Shown: one piece after another, positions 56,374-64,000 of the stretch
Position numbering within the stretch: position 1 is the first letter of the stretch
How the letters are laid out: every line of letters starts with the position of its first letter
Source: Flavobacteriaceae bacterium
Lineage (GTDB): Bacteria > Bacteroidota > Bacteroidia > Flavobacteriales > Flavobacteriaceae
Assembly: GCA_022424955.1 (NCBI GenBank)
Contig: JAKMGK010000030.1
Location: 6,029 to 70,028 of the forward strand
Direction: 5' to 3'
Length of the DNA stretch: 64,000 nucleotides
The notes under the pieces: generated by a model
The model's input: only the letters and a program-made list of their open reading frames with translations
Database searches by the model: none
Told to the model about the DNA's origin: nothing
Program-made: the position numbers and the translations under genes

Positions 56374-57122
56374 TTCTTGCGATTAACGATAGTTGCATTG
56401 GCTTGGTCTGTAGGCAGCAGGGTTAAATCTGCGACGGTAACATGGGGCGGAACATCTACCATATAGGCGATGGCATTAGCCACATCTTCTGCTTGTAAAG
56501 CGTCAAGGGAATTGTAAACCCCTTCAGAGCGTTGTTCATCTCCTTTGAATCTCACCATGGAAAACTCTGTCTCTACTAATCCAGGGTGAACAGCACAAAC
56601 CCTTATGTTATAGGGGTTAAGGTCAATGCGAAGACCTTGCGTAAAAGCATCTACAGCAAATTTACTCGCACAATAGACATTTCCTTTAGGGTACACCTGT
56701 ATTCCAGCAATTGACCCCAAATTAATAATTTGTCCTGCTTTGCGTTCTACCATTTGTGGAAGAATTGCTTTGGTGACATACATTACTCCTTTTACGTTCC
56801 CATCGATCATGGCATCCCAGTCGTCTAAGTTAGCGGTATCAACAGTATCCAGACCGTGTGCATTCCCAGCATTATTGATTAAGATATCGATCTGTTTCCA
56901 TGCATTGGGCAAACTATCGATGGCGTCAAAGACAGCTTTTCTATTCCTTACATCAAAATTAAGCAAGTGGGTTTCTCCTTTAAATTTTTCTTTTAATTGT
57001 TCTAATCTTTCTTGTCTTCGGCCGCATAAAATGAGTCGCTCTCCTCTTTTTGCAAAAAGTTCAGCGGTAGCTTTACCTATGCCACTAGTGGCTCCTGTGA
57101 TTAAAATAGTTTTCTTTTTCAT
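56370..57122 (-). CDS. SDR-family NADP-dependent oxidoreductase (YdfG-like)
   Basis: TGATSGIGKA, NNAG, and the catalytic YCASK. Confidence 0.9.
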   Translation of the reverse strand: MKKKTILITGATSGIGKATAELFAKRGERLILCGRRQERLEQLKEKFKGETHLLNFDVRNRKAVFDAIDSLPNAWKQIDILINNAGNAHGLDTVDTANLDDWDAMIDGNVKGVMYVTKAILPQMVERKAGQIINLGSIAGIQVYPKGNVYCASKFAVDAFTQGLRIDLNPYNIRVCAVHPGLVETEFSMVRFKGDEQRSEGVYNSLDALQAEDVANAIAYMVDVPPHVTVADLTLLPTDQANATIVNRKK

Positions 57123-57131
57123 CTTAGTGAT

Positions 57132-57989
57132 TTATGGAACTTCATGTCCCCATTGGGTTTCTAATAGTAAAAACCAATCTTCTCTTGATAAGTTAATTTT
57201 TACTGCATCCATTGCTGCTTTTAGACGTTCAATTCGAGTGGTTCCTACCAGAGGATGAATCCTTGCAGGATGCTTCAAAAGCCAAGCAAATAATAGCTGG
57301 TCCTCACTTGCATTGTATTTTTCTCTCAAATTGGACAACAATGATTGTAGCCTTTGATTATTGGGGTTATCTTCTTTAAAGTAATTGCCTAAGGGGCTCC
57401 AGGCCATGGTACCTATTCCTTTAGTGAGATGATGGTCTAAACTTCCGTCAAACAAGGGAGTATTTTGACTTAGAGAGCATTCGATTTGATTCCAATCTAA
57501 CGAAATTTCTGTGTCGAGTAAATCTAATTGGGAAGGGGTGAAGTTAGACACCCCAAAAGATTTCACCTTTCCACTGGTTTCTAGGGTGTTAAAGGCAGTT
57601 GCTACTTCTTCAACTGAAAGTAAAGGGCTAGGTCGATGTAGCAACAGTATATCGAGATAATCTGTTTGAAGATTTTTTAACGATTGTTCTACAGATGTTA
57701 TAATGTGTGTTTTACTGTAATTGTAGTGTTTTACAGCTAATGGTCTTTTTTCGCAGGGCATTTGGATCCCACACTTACTAATAAAAATGAGGTCTTCTCG
57801 ATTGATTTTACTGTCCTTAAATCCATGACCAAAATCTTCTTCTGTGGTGTAACCCCCATAGATGTCTGCATGGTCAAAAGTATAGAGTCCATTTTCAACA
57901 CATTGGGTGATTAAAGCAGCGGTTTGTTTAGGGTTAAATTTTCTTCCCCAATCTCCCCAGGTCATGGTTCCTGCAATTATTCTATTCAT
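57132..57989 (-). CDS. Aldo/keto reductase (YdhF-like)
   Basis: GTMTWGDWG, DHADIYGG and LLHRP motifs. The product is 285 aa. Confidence 0.85.
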   Translation of the reverse strand: MNRIIAGTMTWGDWGRKFNPKQTAALITQCVENGLYTFDHADIYGGYTTEEDFGHGFKDSKINREDLIFISKCGIQMPCEKRPLAVKHYNYSKTHIITSVEQSLKNLQTDYLDILLLHRPSPLLSVEEVATAFNTLETSGKVKSFGVSNFTPSQLDLLDTEISLDWNQIECSLSQNTPLFDGSLDHHLTKGIGTMAWSPLGNYFKEDNPNNQRLQSLLSNLREKYNASEDQLLFAWLLKHPARIHPLVGTTRIERLKAAMDAVKINLSREDWFLLLETQWGHEVP

Positions 57990-58012
57990 AATTAGTTTGT
58001 CGGTTAAATCTA

Positions 58013-58026
58013 CCTTAAATTTAAGG
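58013..58026. promoter_or_regulatory. Perfect 14-bp palindrome in a divergent intergenic region
   Basis: CCTTAAATTTAAGG lies 24 nt upstream of the aldo/keto reductase ATG. Its function is unknown. Confidence 0.25.
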
Positions 58027-58134
58027 AGTAACTATTTAAGCTCGCCCCTTGTGAAATAACTACTTTTAACCAATTATTAACAAGCTATCGCAAAAAAAAA
58101 CGGCAAATTTGTGTTCCAATAAAATAACTATACT

Positions 58135-59136
58135 ATGAGTACCCAAAACAGTATTGATATCAAAGAAATAAATGAAAAAATAGAAAAGGAAAGCGCCTTT
58201 GTCGATCTTCTCACCATGGAGATGAACAAAGTGATTGTAGGGCAAAAGCATATGATTGAGCGCTTATTGATTGGATTATTAGGTCGTGGTCATATCTTGT
58301 TAGAAGGTGTGCCAGGTCTTGCAAAAACCCTCGCCATTAATACGTTAAGCCAGGCGGTAAAAGGAAGTTTTAGCCGGGTACAATTTACTCCAGATCTCTT
58401 ACCCGCAGACGTCGTGGGTACTATGATCTACAATATTAAAGAGAATGGTTTCTCGATCAAAAAAGGACCTATTTTTGCCAACTTTGTACTCGCAGATGAG
58501 ATTAACCGTGCACCAGCAAAGGTTCAGTCGGCATTATTAGAAGCCATGCAAGAACGCCAGGTCACCATTGGGGATACTAGCTTTAAACTACAAGAACCCT
58601 TTTTAGTGATGGCCACACAAAACCCAGTCGAGCAAGAAGGGACCTATCCTTTACCAGAGGCTCAAGTGGACCGTTTTATGCTTAAAACAGTCATTGATTA
58701 TCCTAAGTTAGAAGACGAGCAATTGATTGTTCGACAAAATCTACAAGCGGCCTATGAAAAGGTGAAGCCTGTGGTAACGACTAAGCAAATTTTGACTGCT
58801 CAAGCAACTGTTCGACAAGTGTACATGGATGAAAAAATTGAGCGCTATATTTTAGATTTGATCTTTGCGACCCGTTATCCAGAAAATTACCAATTAGAGA
58901 AGATTAAACCATTGATCAGTTTTGGTGCCTCTCCAAGGGGGAGTATCAACCTTGCTACTGCCGCAAAGTGTTATGCTTTCTTAAAGCACCGTGGATATGT
59001 AATTCCAGAAGATGTTCGTGCAGTAATCTATGATGTATTGCGCCATCGTATAGGGTTAACTTATGAAGCGGAAGCAGAGAATGTTACCACTGAAGATTTA
59101 ATCTCGCAAATTATCAATCACGTAGAAGTACCCTAG
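58135..59136 (+). CDS. MoxR-family AAA+ ATPase (first gene of a Bat/aerotolerance-type operon)
   Basis: Walker A GVPGLAKT, Walker B LADEINRA, and a MoxR-typical length of 333 aa. Confidence 0.9.
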   Translation: MSTQNSIDIKEINEKIEKESAFVDLLTMEMNKVIVGQKHMIERLLIGLLGRGHILLEGVPGLAKTLAINTLSQAVKGSFSRVQFTPDLLPADVVGTMIYNIKENGFSIKKGPIFANFVLADEINRAPAKVQSALLEAMQERQVTIGDTSFKLQEPFLVMATQNPVEQEGTYPLPEAQVDRFMLKTVIDYPKLEDEQLIVRQNLQAAYEKVKPVVTTKQILTAQATVRQVYMDEKIERYILDLIFATRYPENYQLEKIKPLISFGASPRGSINLATAAKCYAFLKHRGYVIPEDVRAVIYDVLRHRIGLTYEAEAENVTTEDLISQIINHVEVP

Positions 59137-59165
59137 TCAGTACCTAACCCCCGGACCGTTCATAG

Positions 59166-60032
59166 ATGGATACAAAAGAACTACTCAAAAAAGTTCGGAA
59201 AATTGAGATAAAAACACGTCGCTTAAGCGATCATGTTTTTGGAGGGGAGTACCACAGTACTTTTAAAGGGCGCGGTATGACCTTTAGCGAAGTGCGTCAA
59301 TATCAATTTGGAGACGATGTTAGAGCCATTGACTGGAATGTTACAGCGCGCTATAACGAACCATTTGTAAAGGTATTTGAAGAAGAACGGGAACTTACCT
59401 TAATGTTAGTCGTCGATGTTAGTGGGTCAGAATTTTTTGGGACAACACAACAATTTAAGCGAGACGTATTGACAGAAATTGCGGCAACCCTCTCTTTTTC
59501 AGCTTTGCAAAACAATGATAAAGTAGGCTTGTTGTTGTTTTCTGATCAAGTTGAATTGTTTATTCCACCTAAAAAGGGACGTTCTCATATCCTGCGTATA
59601 ATTCGAGAATTATTAGAATTTGAGCCTAAAAGTAAAGCAACAGATATTAGCAATGCCTTGGCCTTTTTATCGGGAATTTTAAAAAAGAAAGCGATCGTCT
59701 TTCTTCTCTCGGATTTTATGGAACAAGGTTATGATAAGACCTTGCGTATTGCTGCAAAAAAACATGATTTGACGGGGATAAGAGTCTATGATAAGTTAGA
59801 AGAAGAACTCCCCAATTTGGGGATTGTTCCCATGACAGATAGCGAAACCCAGCAAACCCGTTGGATTGATACTAGCTCTGTAAATGTGAGAAAACAATAT
59901 GCCGCTTTTCAATCTCAACGAAAAGAAGCCTTTCAGCAATTGTTTAAACTCAATGGTGCTGGAACCATAGATTGTCGTTTAGACGAGAGTTATGTTAAAA
60001 AACTCTTGGGATATTTTAAAGCAAGAATATAA
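59166..60032 (+). CDS. DUF58-domain protein
   Basis: YQFGDDVRAIDWNVTAR motif followed by a VWA-like fold (VVDVSGS). Confidence 0.85.
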   Translation: MDTKELLKKVRKIEIKTRRLSDHVFGGEYHSTFKGRGMTFSEVRQYQFGDDVRAIDWNVTARYNEPFVKVFEEERELTLMLVVDVSGSEFFGTTQQFKRDVLTEIAATLSFSALQNNDKVGLLLFSDQVELFIPPKKGRSHILRIIRELLEFEPKSKATDISNALAFLSGILKKKAIVFLLSDFMEQGYDKTLRIAAKKHDLTGIRVYDKLEEELPNLGIVPMTDSETQQTRWIDTSSVNVRKQYAAFQSQRKEAFQQLFKLNGAGTIDCRLDESYVKKLLGYFKARI

Positions 60033-60035
60033 TTA

Positions 60036-61652
60036 ATGAAGTATTTGAGTCATTTCTTTTTTGGCGTAATGCTTTTCCTCACAGGGAATACCTTCGCACA
60101 GTTAAATGCTGAGGTTACTACAGCTGTTGATAGTACTCAAGTAAAAATAGGAGAACAAATTAATCTTACCCTACAGGTAAAGACGGACTCCCTCTCTATG
60201 GTAGAGTTTGCAGCAGAGCCTCTTTTTCTTCCTTTTGAGATCATTGAAGAGTCAACCATTGACACCCTGCGGGCACAACAACACTATCTATATACAAAAC
60301 GCTATGCCTTAATCCAGTTTGATTCTGGCGCCTATTGGATACCGCCGCAAAAAATAGTAGTGGATGGTTTTTCTAAATTCTCAGATTCAATCGCCATAGA
60401 AGTTGCAATGGTTAAAGTAGATACCATACAACAACCTCTTTTTGATATCAAACCCATTCAAACAGTAGAAAGATCATACAATCAGTTAATCAAAAACAGT
60501 TTACTGGTCTTTGTCTTTTCTGTATTGCTGGCCATATTGTATGTTTTAAACCGACAATACAAAAAGAAGAAAGCAGCACTGTTAGAAGGGATTCCTCCTT
60601 TTGATCGGGCGATTCAAGAATTAAAAGCCTTAGAAAACGAACTGCCACAAGCGCAAGAAGAATACAAGCACTACTATTCTAAATTAACCGATGTGGTTCG
60701 ACGGTATTTAGAAGAAGAGGCAGACATTGATGCCCTAGAAAGTACGTCAGACGAATTGTTAGACAAACTTGAATTGCGAATAGATGCGGGGACACTAGAC
60801 CTTAGTTTAGAAACATTGAACAACCTTAAAAAGGTTTTACAAAATGCAGATTTAGTCAAATTTGCCCGTTCTGCTCCAGCGATTGGGATCGCTACAACAG
60901 ATCGTGCAATGGTCGAACAAGTCGTTATTGAAACCAAAGAAGCCTTACCAGCTCCAACCGAAGAAGAGTTAGCTGCCACTGCAGCCTTTCAAAGAGAATT
61001 GGAGCGAAAAAGACGCAAACAAAAAATGCAATTGATAGGAATTTCTGCTTTAGGACTTATTGTTTCTGTAGCGATTATCGCTGTGGCGATCTATGGCTTT
61101 AATCCGGTAAAAGACACCATTTTTAGGTATCCAACAAAAGTCTTGCTCGACGGTGCTTGGGTAAAAAGTCAATATGGAACCCCGCCAGTACAAATTAATA
61201 CCCCAGAAGTACTTGTAAGGGATATAGAAGCGAATTTACCTGTTACGATTTACGCTAGTGGAACCCCATTTGAAGGGGTTTATACCCAACTGTTTTTTGA
61301 AAAAAGAACCCCAGAGAAAGAGAAAGGAAAAACAGAAGAAGAAAAAGAAGCAGCTGCCCGCGCGATAATGGATAGTGCTGTAGTCCGCTATGAAGACATG
61401 GGAGCGACAAATTTGCTGGTGCAAAATGACACCTTTACAACGGGTGATGGAACAGAGACTTTGAGACTATTTGGTTCAATGGACCTGCAGCAAGAAGGAG
61501 AAGAGGGTGTGCGTTGTAGATTTGTTTCAATTATTTTTCCCTTTGAAGCAACAACGGTTGAGCTAAAAATAGTTTATGGAAAAGACGATCGCTATGGATC
61601 CACTATCGAAGAAAAGATTTTAGCGTCATTAGAAATAATAAAAGAATTATAA
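60036..61652 (+). CDS. Bat-operon membrane protein: BatD-like N-domain, DUF4381-like middle segment, extra C-terminal domain
   Basis: Signal peptide, a beta-rich N-domain, TM1 (LLVFVFSVLLAILYVL), then YYSKLTDVVRRYLEE...LQNADLVKFAR (DUF4381-like). TM2 (IGISALGLIVSVAIIAVAIYGF) is followed by a ~190-aa tail. Confidence 0.55.
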   Translation: MKYLSHFFFGVMLFLTGNTFAQLNAEVTTAVDSTQVKIGEQINLTLQVKTDSLSMVEFAAEPLFLPFEIIEESTIDTLRAQQHYLYTKRYALIQFDSGAYWIPPQKIVVDGFSKFSDSIAIEVAMVKVDTIQQPLFDIKPIQTVERSYNQLIKNSLLVFVFSVLLAILYVLNRQYKKKKAALLEGIPPFDRAIQELKALENELPQAQEEYKHYYSKLTDVVRRYLEEEADIDALESTSDELLDKLELRIDAGTLDLSLETLNNLKKVLQNADLVKFARSAPAIGIATTDRAMVEQVVIETKEALPAPTEEELAATAAFQRELERKRRKQKMQLIGISALGLIVSVAIIAVAIYGFNPVKDTIFRYPTKVLLDGAWVKSQYGTPPVQINTPEVLVRDIEANLPVTIYASGTPFEGVYTQLFFEKRTPEKEKGKTEEEKEAAARAIMDSAVVRYEDMGATNLLVQNDTFTTGDGTETLRLFGSMDLQQEGEEGVRCRFVSIIFPFEATTVELKIVYGKDDRYGSTIEEKILASLEIIKEL

Positions 61653-61653
61653 G

Positions 61654-62658
61654 GTGTTAGGAAATATTCAATTTGCAAATCCAGCTTATTTATGGGGACT
61701 ATTGTTTCTACTCCCGTTAGGGGTCTGGTATTTCTTTAACCGAAAACAGCAACAAGCCCGTTTATCCATTTCAAGTTTAGCGGGATTTGAAGGGAGTAGC
61801 TCTTTTTGGGTGAAACTCTACCCTTTACTTTTTGTTTTGCGCATTTTAGCCTTAGTATTAGTGTTGGTAGCAGCTGCAAGACCTCAAACGGTTGATGTCT
61901 CTACTCGAACCAAAACAAATAAGGGCATCGATATCGTGATGGCGATTGATGTTTCCTCAAGCATGCTAGCTCAAGACCTTAAGCCCAACCGCCTTTCAGC
62001 CTTAAAAAATGTGGCTGGAGATTTTATCGATCAACGACGCAGTGATCGAATTGGGCTAGTGATTTATGCGGGGGAAAGTTACACTAAAACACCCATTACA
62101 AGTGATAAACGCATCGTAAAAAATGCGCTAAACGAAATTCGCTATGATGGGATCATTAACGATGGTACTGCTATTGGAATGGGATTAGCCACAGCGGTTA
62201 ATCGATTAAAAGACAGCAGGGCAAAGAGTAAAGTGATTATCTTGCTCACAGATGGAGTCAATAATTCTGGTTTTATCGATCCTAAAATCGCCGCCGAACT
62301 AGCCGTTGAATTTCAGATCAAAACCTACACCATTGGCCTTGGGAGCAATGGGAATGCTCGTGCACCCATAGGGATATTACCTAACGGGAAATTTCAGTAT
62401 GGAATCACCAAAGTTGAAATCGATGAAGAACTGTTACAATCGATCGCTGATGATACTGGAGGACTGTATTTTAGAGCGACAGATAACACAAGTCTAGAGG
62501 CGATTTATAACGAAATCAACAAACTGGAGAAAACAGAAATTGAAGAATTTAAATACTACAACTACCAAGAAAAATATCGCCTATTAGCTCTTGTCGCCAT
62601 GGCATTATTATTTATTGAGTGGTTATTAAAGAACACCATTTACAGAAGCTTTATCTAA
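61654..62658 (+). CDS. batA: VWA-domain membrane protein BatA
   Basis: GTG start and an N-terminal TM. MIDAS motif DVSSSM and LLTDGVNN. Confidence 0.85.
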   Translation: MLGNIQFANPAYLWGLLFLLPLGVWYFFNRKQQQARLSISSLAGFEGSSSFWVKLYPLLFVLRILALVLVLVAAARPQTVDVSTRTKTNKGIDIVMAIDVSSSMLAQDLKPNRLSALKNVAGDFIDQRRSDRIGLVIYAGESYTKTPITSDKRIVKNALNEIRYDGIINDGTAIGMGLATAVNRLKDSRAKSKVIILLTDGVNNSGFIDPKIAAELAVEFQIKTYTIGLGSNGNARAPIGILPNGKFQYGITKVEIDEELLQSIADDTGGLYFRATDNTSLEAIYNEINKLEKTEIEEFKYYNYQEKYRLLALVAMALLFIEWLLKNTIYRSFI

Positions 62659-63704
62659 TGTATCAACTCGACGAAACAATTTATTTTTATGCTTTTGCAC
62701 TCCTTCCCATGCTATGGCTAGGCTATCTATGGGTCAATAATTGGAAAAAGAAGACTCAGGCTAATTTTTCATCTTCAAAAACACTAGATGCCTTAAGTCC
62801 GCATCGCTCTAGTTTTAAACCTTTGCTAAAAATGCTTATTGTCACCTTAGGGTTTAGTTGCTTTATTATTGCGCTGGTTAACCCTAAAATTGGTACACAA
62901 CTCGAAACAGTTAAGCGAGAAGGAGTTGATATTGTTTTTGCCATAGATGTTTCAAAAAGTATGCTGGCAGAAGACATTGCACCTAATCGATTAGAAAAAG
63001 CAAAACGTTTGGTCTCTGCGCTATTAAACGATCTAGCTAGTGATCGAGTAGGGATTATTGCTTATGCCGCCCAAGCTGTACCACAACTCCCCATAACGAC
63101 AGACTATGGTGCGGCAAAAATGTTTTTACAAGCCTTAAATACAGACATGCTGTCTTCTCAAGGAACAGCCATTGACGCCGCCATTAATTTAGCCTCGACT
63201 TATTTTGATGATGAAGAGCAGACAAATCGCGTGGTATTTATACTTTCAGATGGGGAAGATCACGCTGAAGACGGAACCATCGATGCTGCTCAAGCAGCCA
63301 GCGCAATAGGGATTAAAATTTTCACCTTGGGAGTGGGAACAGAAAAAGGTTCTCCCATTCCAATCAAGCGCAATGGAATTGTAGAAAGTTATAAGAAAGA
63401 TGAAAATAATGAGGTCGTCATTACAAAGCGCAACCCCACCGTTTTAGAATCAATCGCAAGCACAACAGATGCTGCCTATATGGATGGTAACGATACTCAG
63501 GCGGTACTCGCCTTTGTTCGAGAAGAACTCAAGCAAATGGAAAAGAAAGAATTCGAAGCTAAAAAGTTTGTAAGCTATAAAGATCGATTCCAGCCTTTTT
63601 TGATTGCGGGATTCCTCTTATTTTTGATAGATATTTTGCTTTTAGAAACAAAAACAAAATGGGTTTTACGATTGAATTTATTTAACGAAAAAGATGCTGA
63701 TTAA
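62658..63704 (+). CDS. batB: VWA-domain membrane protein BatB
   Basis: ATG overlaps the batA stop (TAATG). MIDAS DVSKSM, ILSDGEDH, and a C-terminal TM. Confidence 0.85.
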   Translation: MYQLDETIYFYAFALLPMLWLGYLWVNNWKKKTQANFSSSKTLDALSPHRSSFKPLLKMLIVTLGFSCFIIALVNPKIGTQLETVKREGVDIVFAIDVSKSMLAEDIAPNRLEKAKRLVSALLNDLASDRVGIIAYAAQAVPQLPITTDYGAAKMFLQALNTDMLSSQGTAIDAAINLASTYFDDEEQTNRVVFILSDGEDHAEDGTIDAAQAASAIGIKIFTLGVGTEKGSPIPIKRNGIVESYKKDENNEVVITKRNPTVLESIASTTDAAYMDGNDTQAVLAFVREELKQMEKKEFEAKKFVSYKDRFQPFLIAGFLLFLIDILLLETKTKWVLRLNLFNEKDAD

Positions 63705-63705
63705 G

Positions 63706-64000
63706 ATGAGAACGTATTTAATTTTTGTGATTGGTTTTCTTTTGGCTTCGTCACAACTCTTGGCTCAAGGAGAAAAAGAAATCAATCTTATTGCAGACGG
63801 AAATAAAGGCTATCAAAACGAAGCCTATATTGAGGCAGAGGTAGACTATAGAAAAGCACTTTCTATCAATAGTGCTAATACTAAAGCACAGCACAATATT
63901 GGAAACGCTCTTTACAGGACAAAAGACTTTGATCAAGCGAATCAACGCTATTTTCAAACACAAAAAAACAGTCTAAACAAGTCAGAAAAACATCTTGCCT
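63706..64000 (+). CDS. batC: TPR-repeat protein BatC (3' end outside the window)
   Basis: My own translation gives MRTYLIFVIGFLLASSQLLAQGEKEINLIADGNKGYQNEAYIEAEVDYRKALSINSANTKAQHNIGNALYRTKDFDQANQRYF... It has a signal peptide and TPR-like repeats and is open to the window end. It is not in the ORF track because no stop is reached. Confidence 0.75.
   Translation, partial: MRTYLIFVIGFLLASSQLLAQGEKEINLIADGNKGYQNEAYIEAEVDYRKALSINSANTKAQHNIGNALYRTKDFDQANQRYFQTQKNSLNKSEKHLA

Noticed and set aside
56740-57258. 172-aa ORF on the plus strand
   Set aside because: It is antisense to, and fully embedded in, the well-supported SDR and aldo/keto reductase genes. It has low-complexity S/F/L-rich composition typical of shadow ORFs.
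1-64000. Mobile elements, prophage, tRNA/rRNA genes
   Set aside because: I recognised no integrase, transposase, phage structural genes, terminal inverted repeats or cloverleaf-capable tRNA-like segments in the intergenic regions. All gaps over 100 nt were read by eye, but a covariance-model scan (tRNAscan-SE, Infernal) would be needed to exclude small RNAs.

Overview
This is a 64 kb chromosomal segment that looks like a Flavobacteriia (Bacteroidota) genome. Three observations support that. Many genes sit just downstream of the Bacteroidetes-type -7 promoter box TAnnTTTG. Shine-Dalgarno sequences are largely absent. The gene content is typical of the group: a Bat/aerotolerance operon, DUF3127, DUF2480 after the suf operon, a choice-of-anchor B protein and many lipoproteins.

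Most of the window is core housekeeping: rplM-rpsI-rpsB-tsf, polA, dxs, tadA, aspS, sufABCDSE, nadD-gmk-yicC, lpxH and hflX. I recognised no rRNA, tRNA, CRISPR array, transposase or integrase.

The parts worth a second look are:
- (a) A two-compartment sugar-oxidation cluster at 40.3-48.5 kb. It contains DUF1080, two xylose-isomerase-like TIM barrels, a Gfo/Idh/MocA enzyme, a nucleoside-type MFS permease, and a three-part GMC flavoprotein / Tat small subunit / cytochrome c dehydrogenase. Its two promoter regions share a roughly 16-nt motif.
- (b) An AT-rich orphan ORF pair at 11.3-12.0 kb. The two ORFs are in the same frame and are separated by a single TAA.
- (c) A GC-rich, densely hairpinned repeat block at 8.14-8.34 kb upstream of polA.
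- (d) An AT-rich islet at 54.1-56.4 kb containing a gene remnant and an AlbA_2/Schlafen-like protein.
- (e) A DUF3127 protein carrying an SSB-like acidic C-terminal tip.

I cannot demonstrate a clear-cut novel system from sequence alone. All functional calls rest on motif and family recognition by eye, not on database searches.
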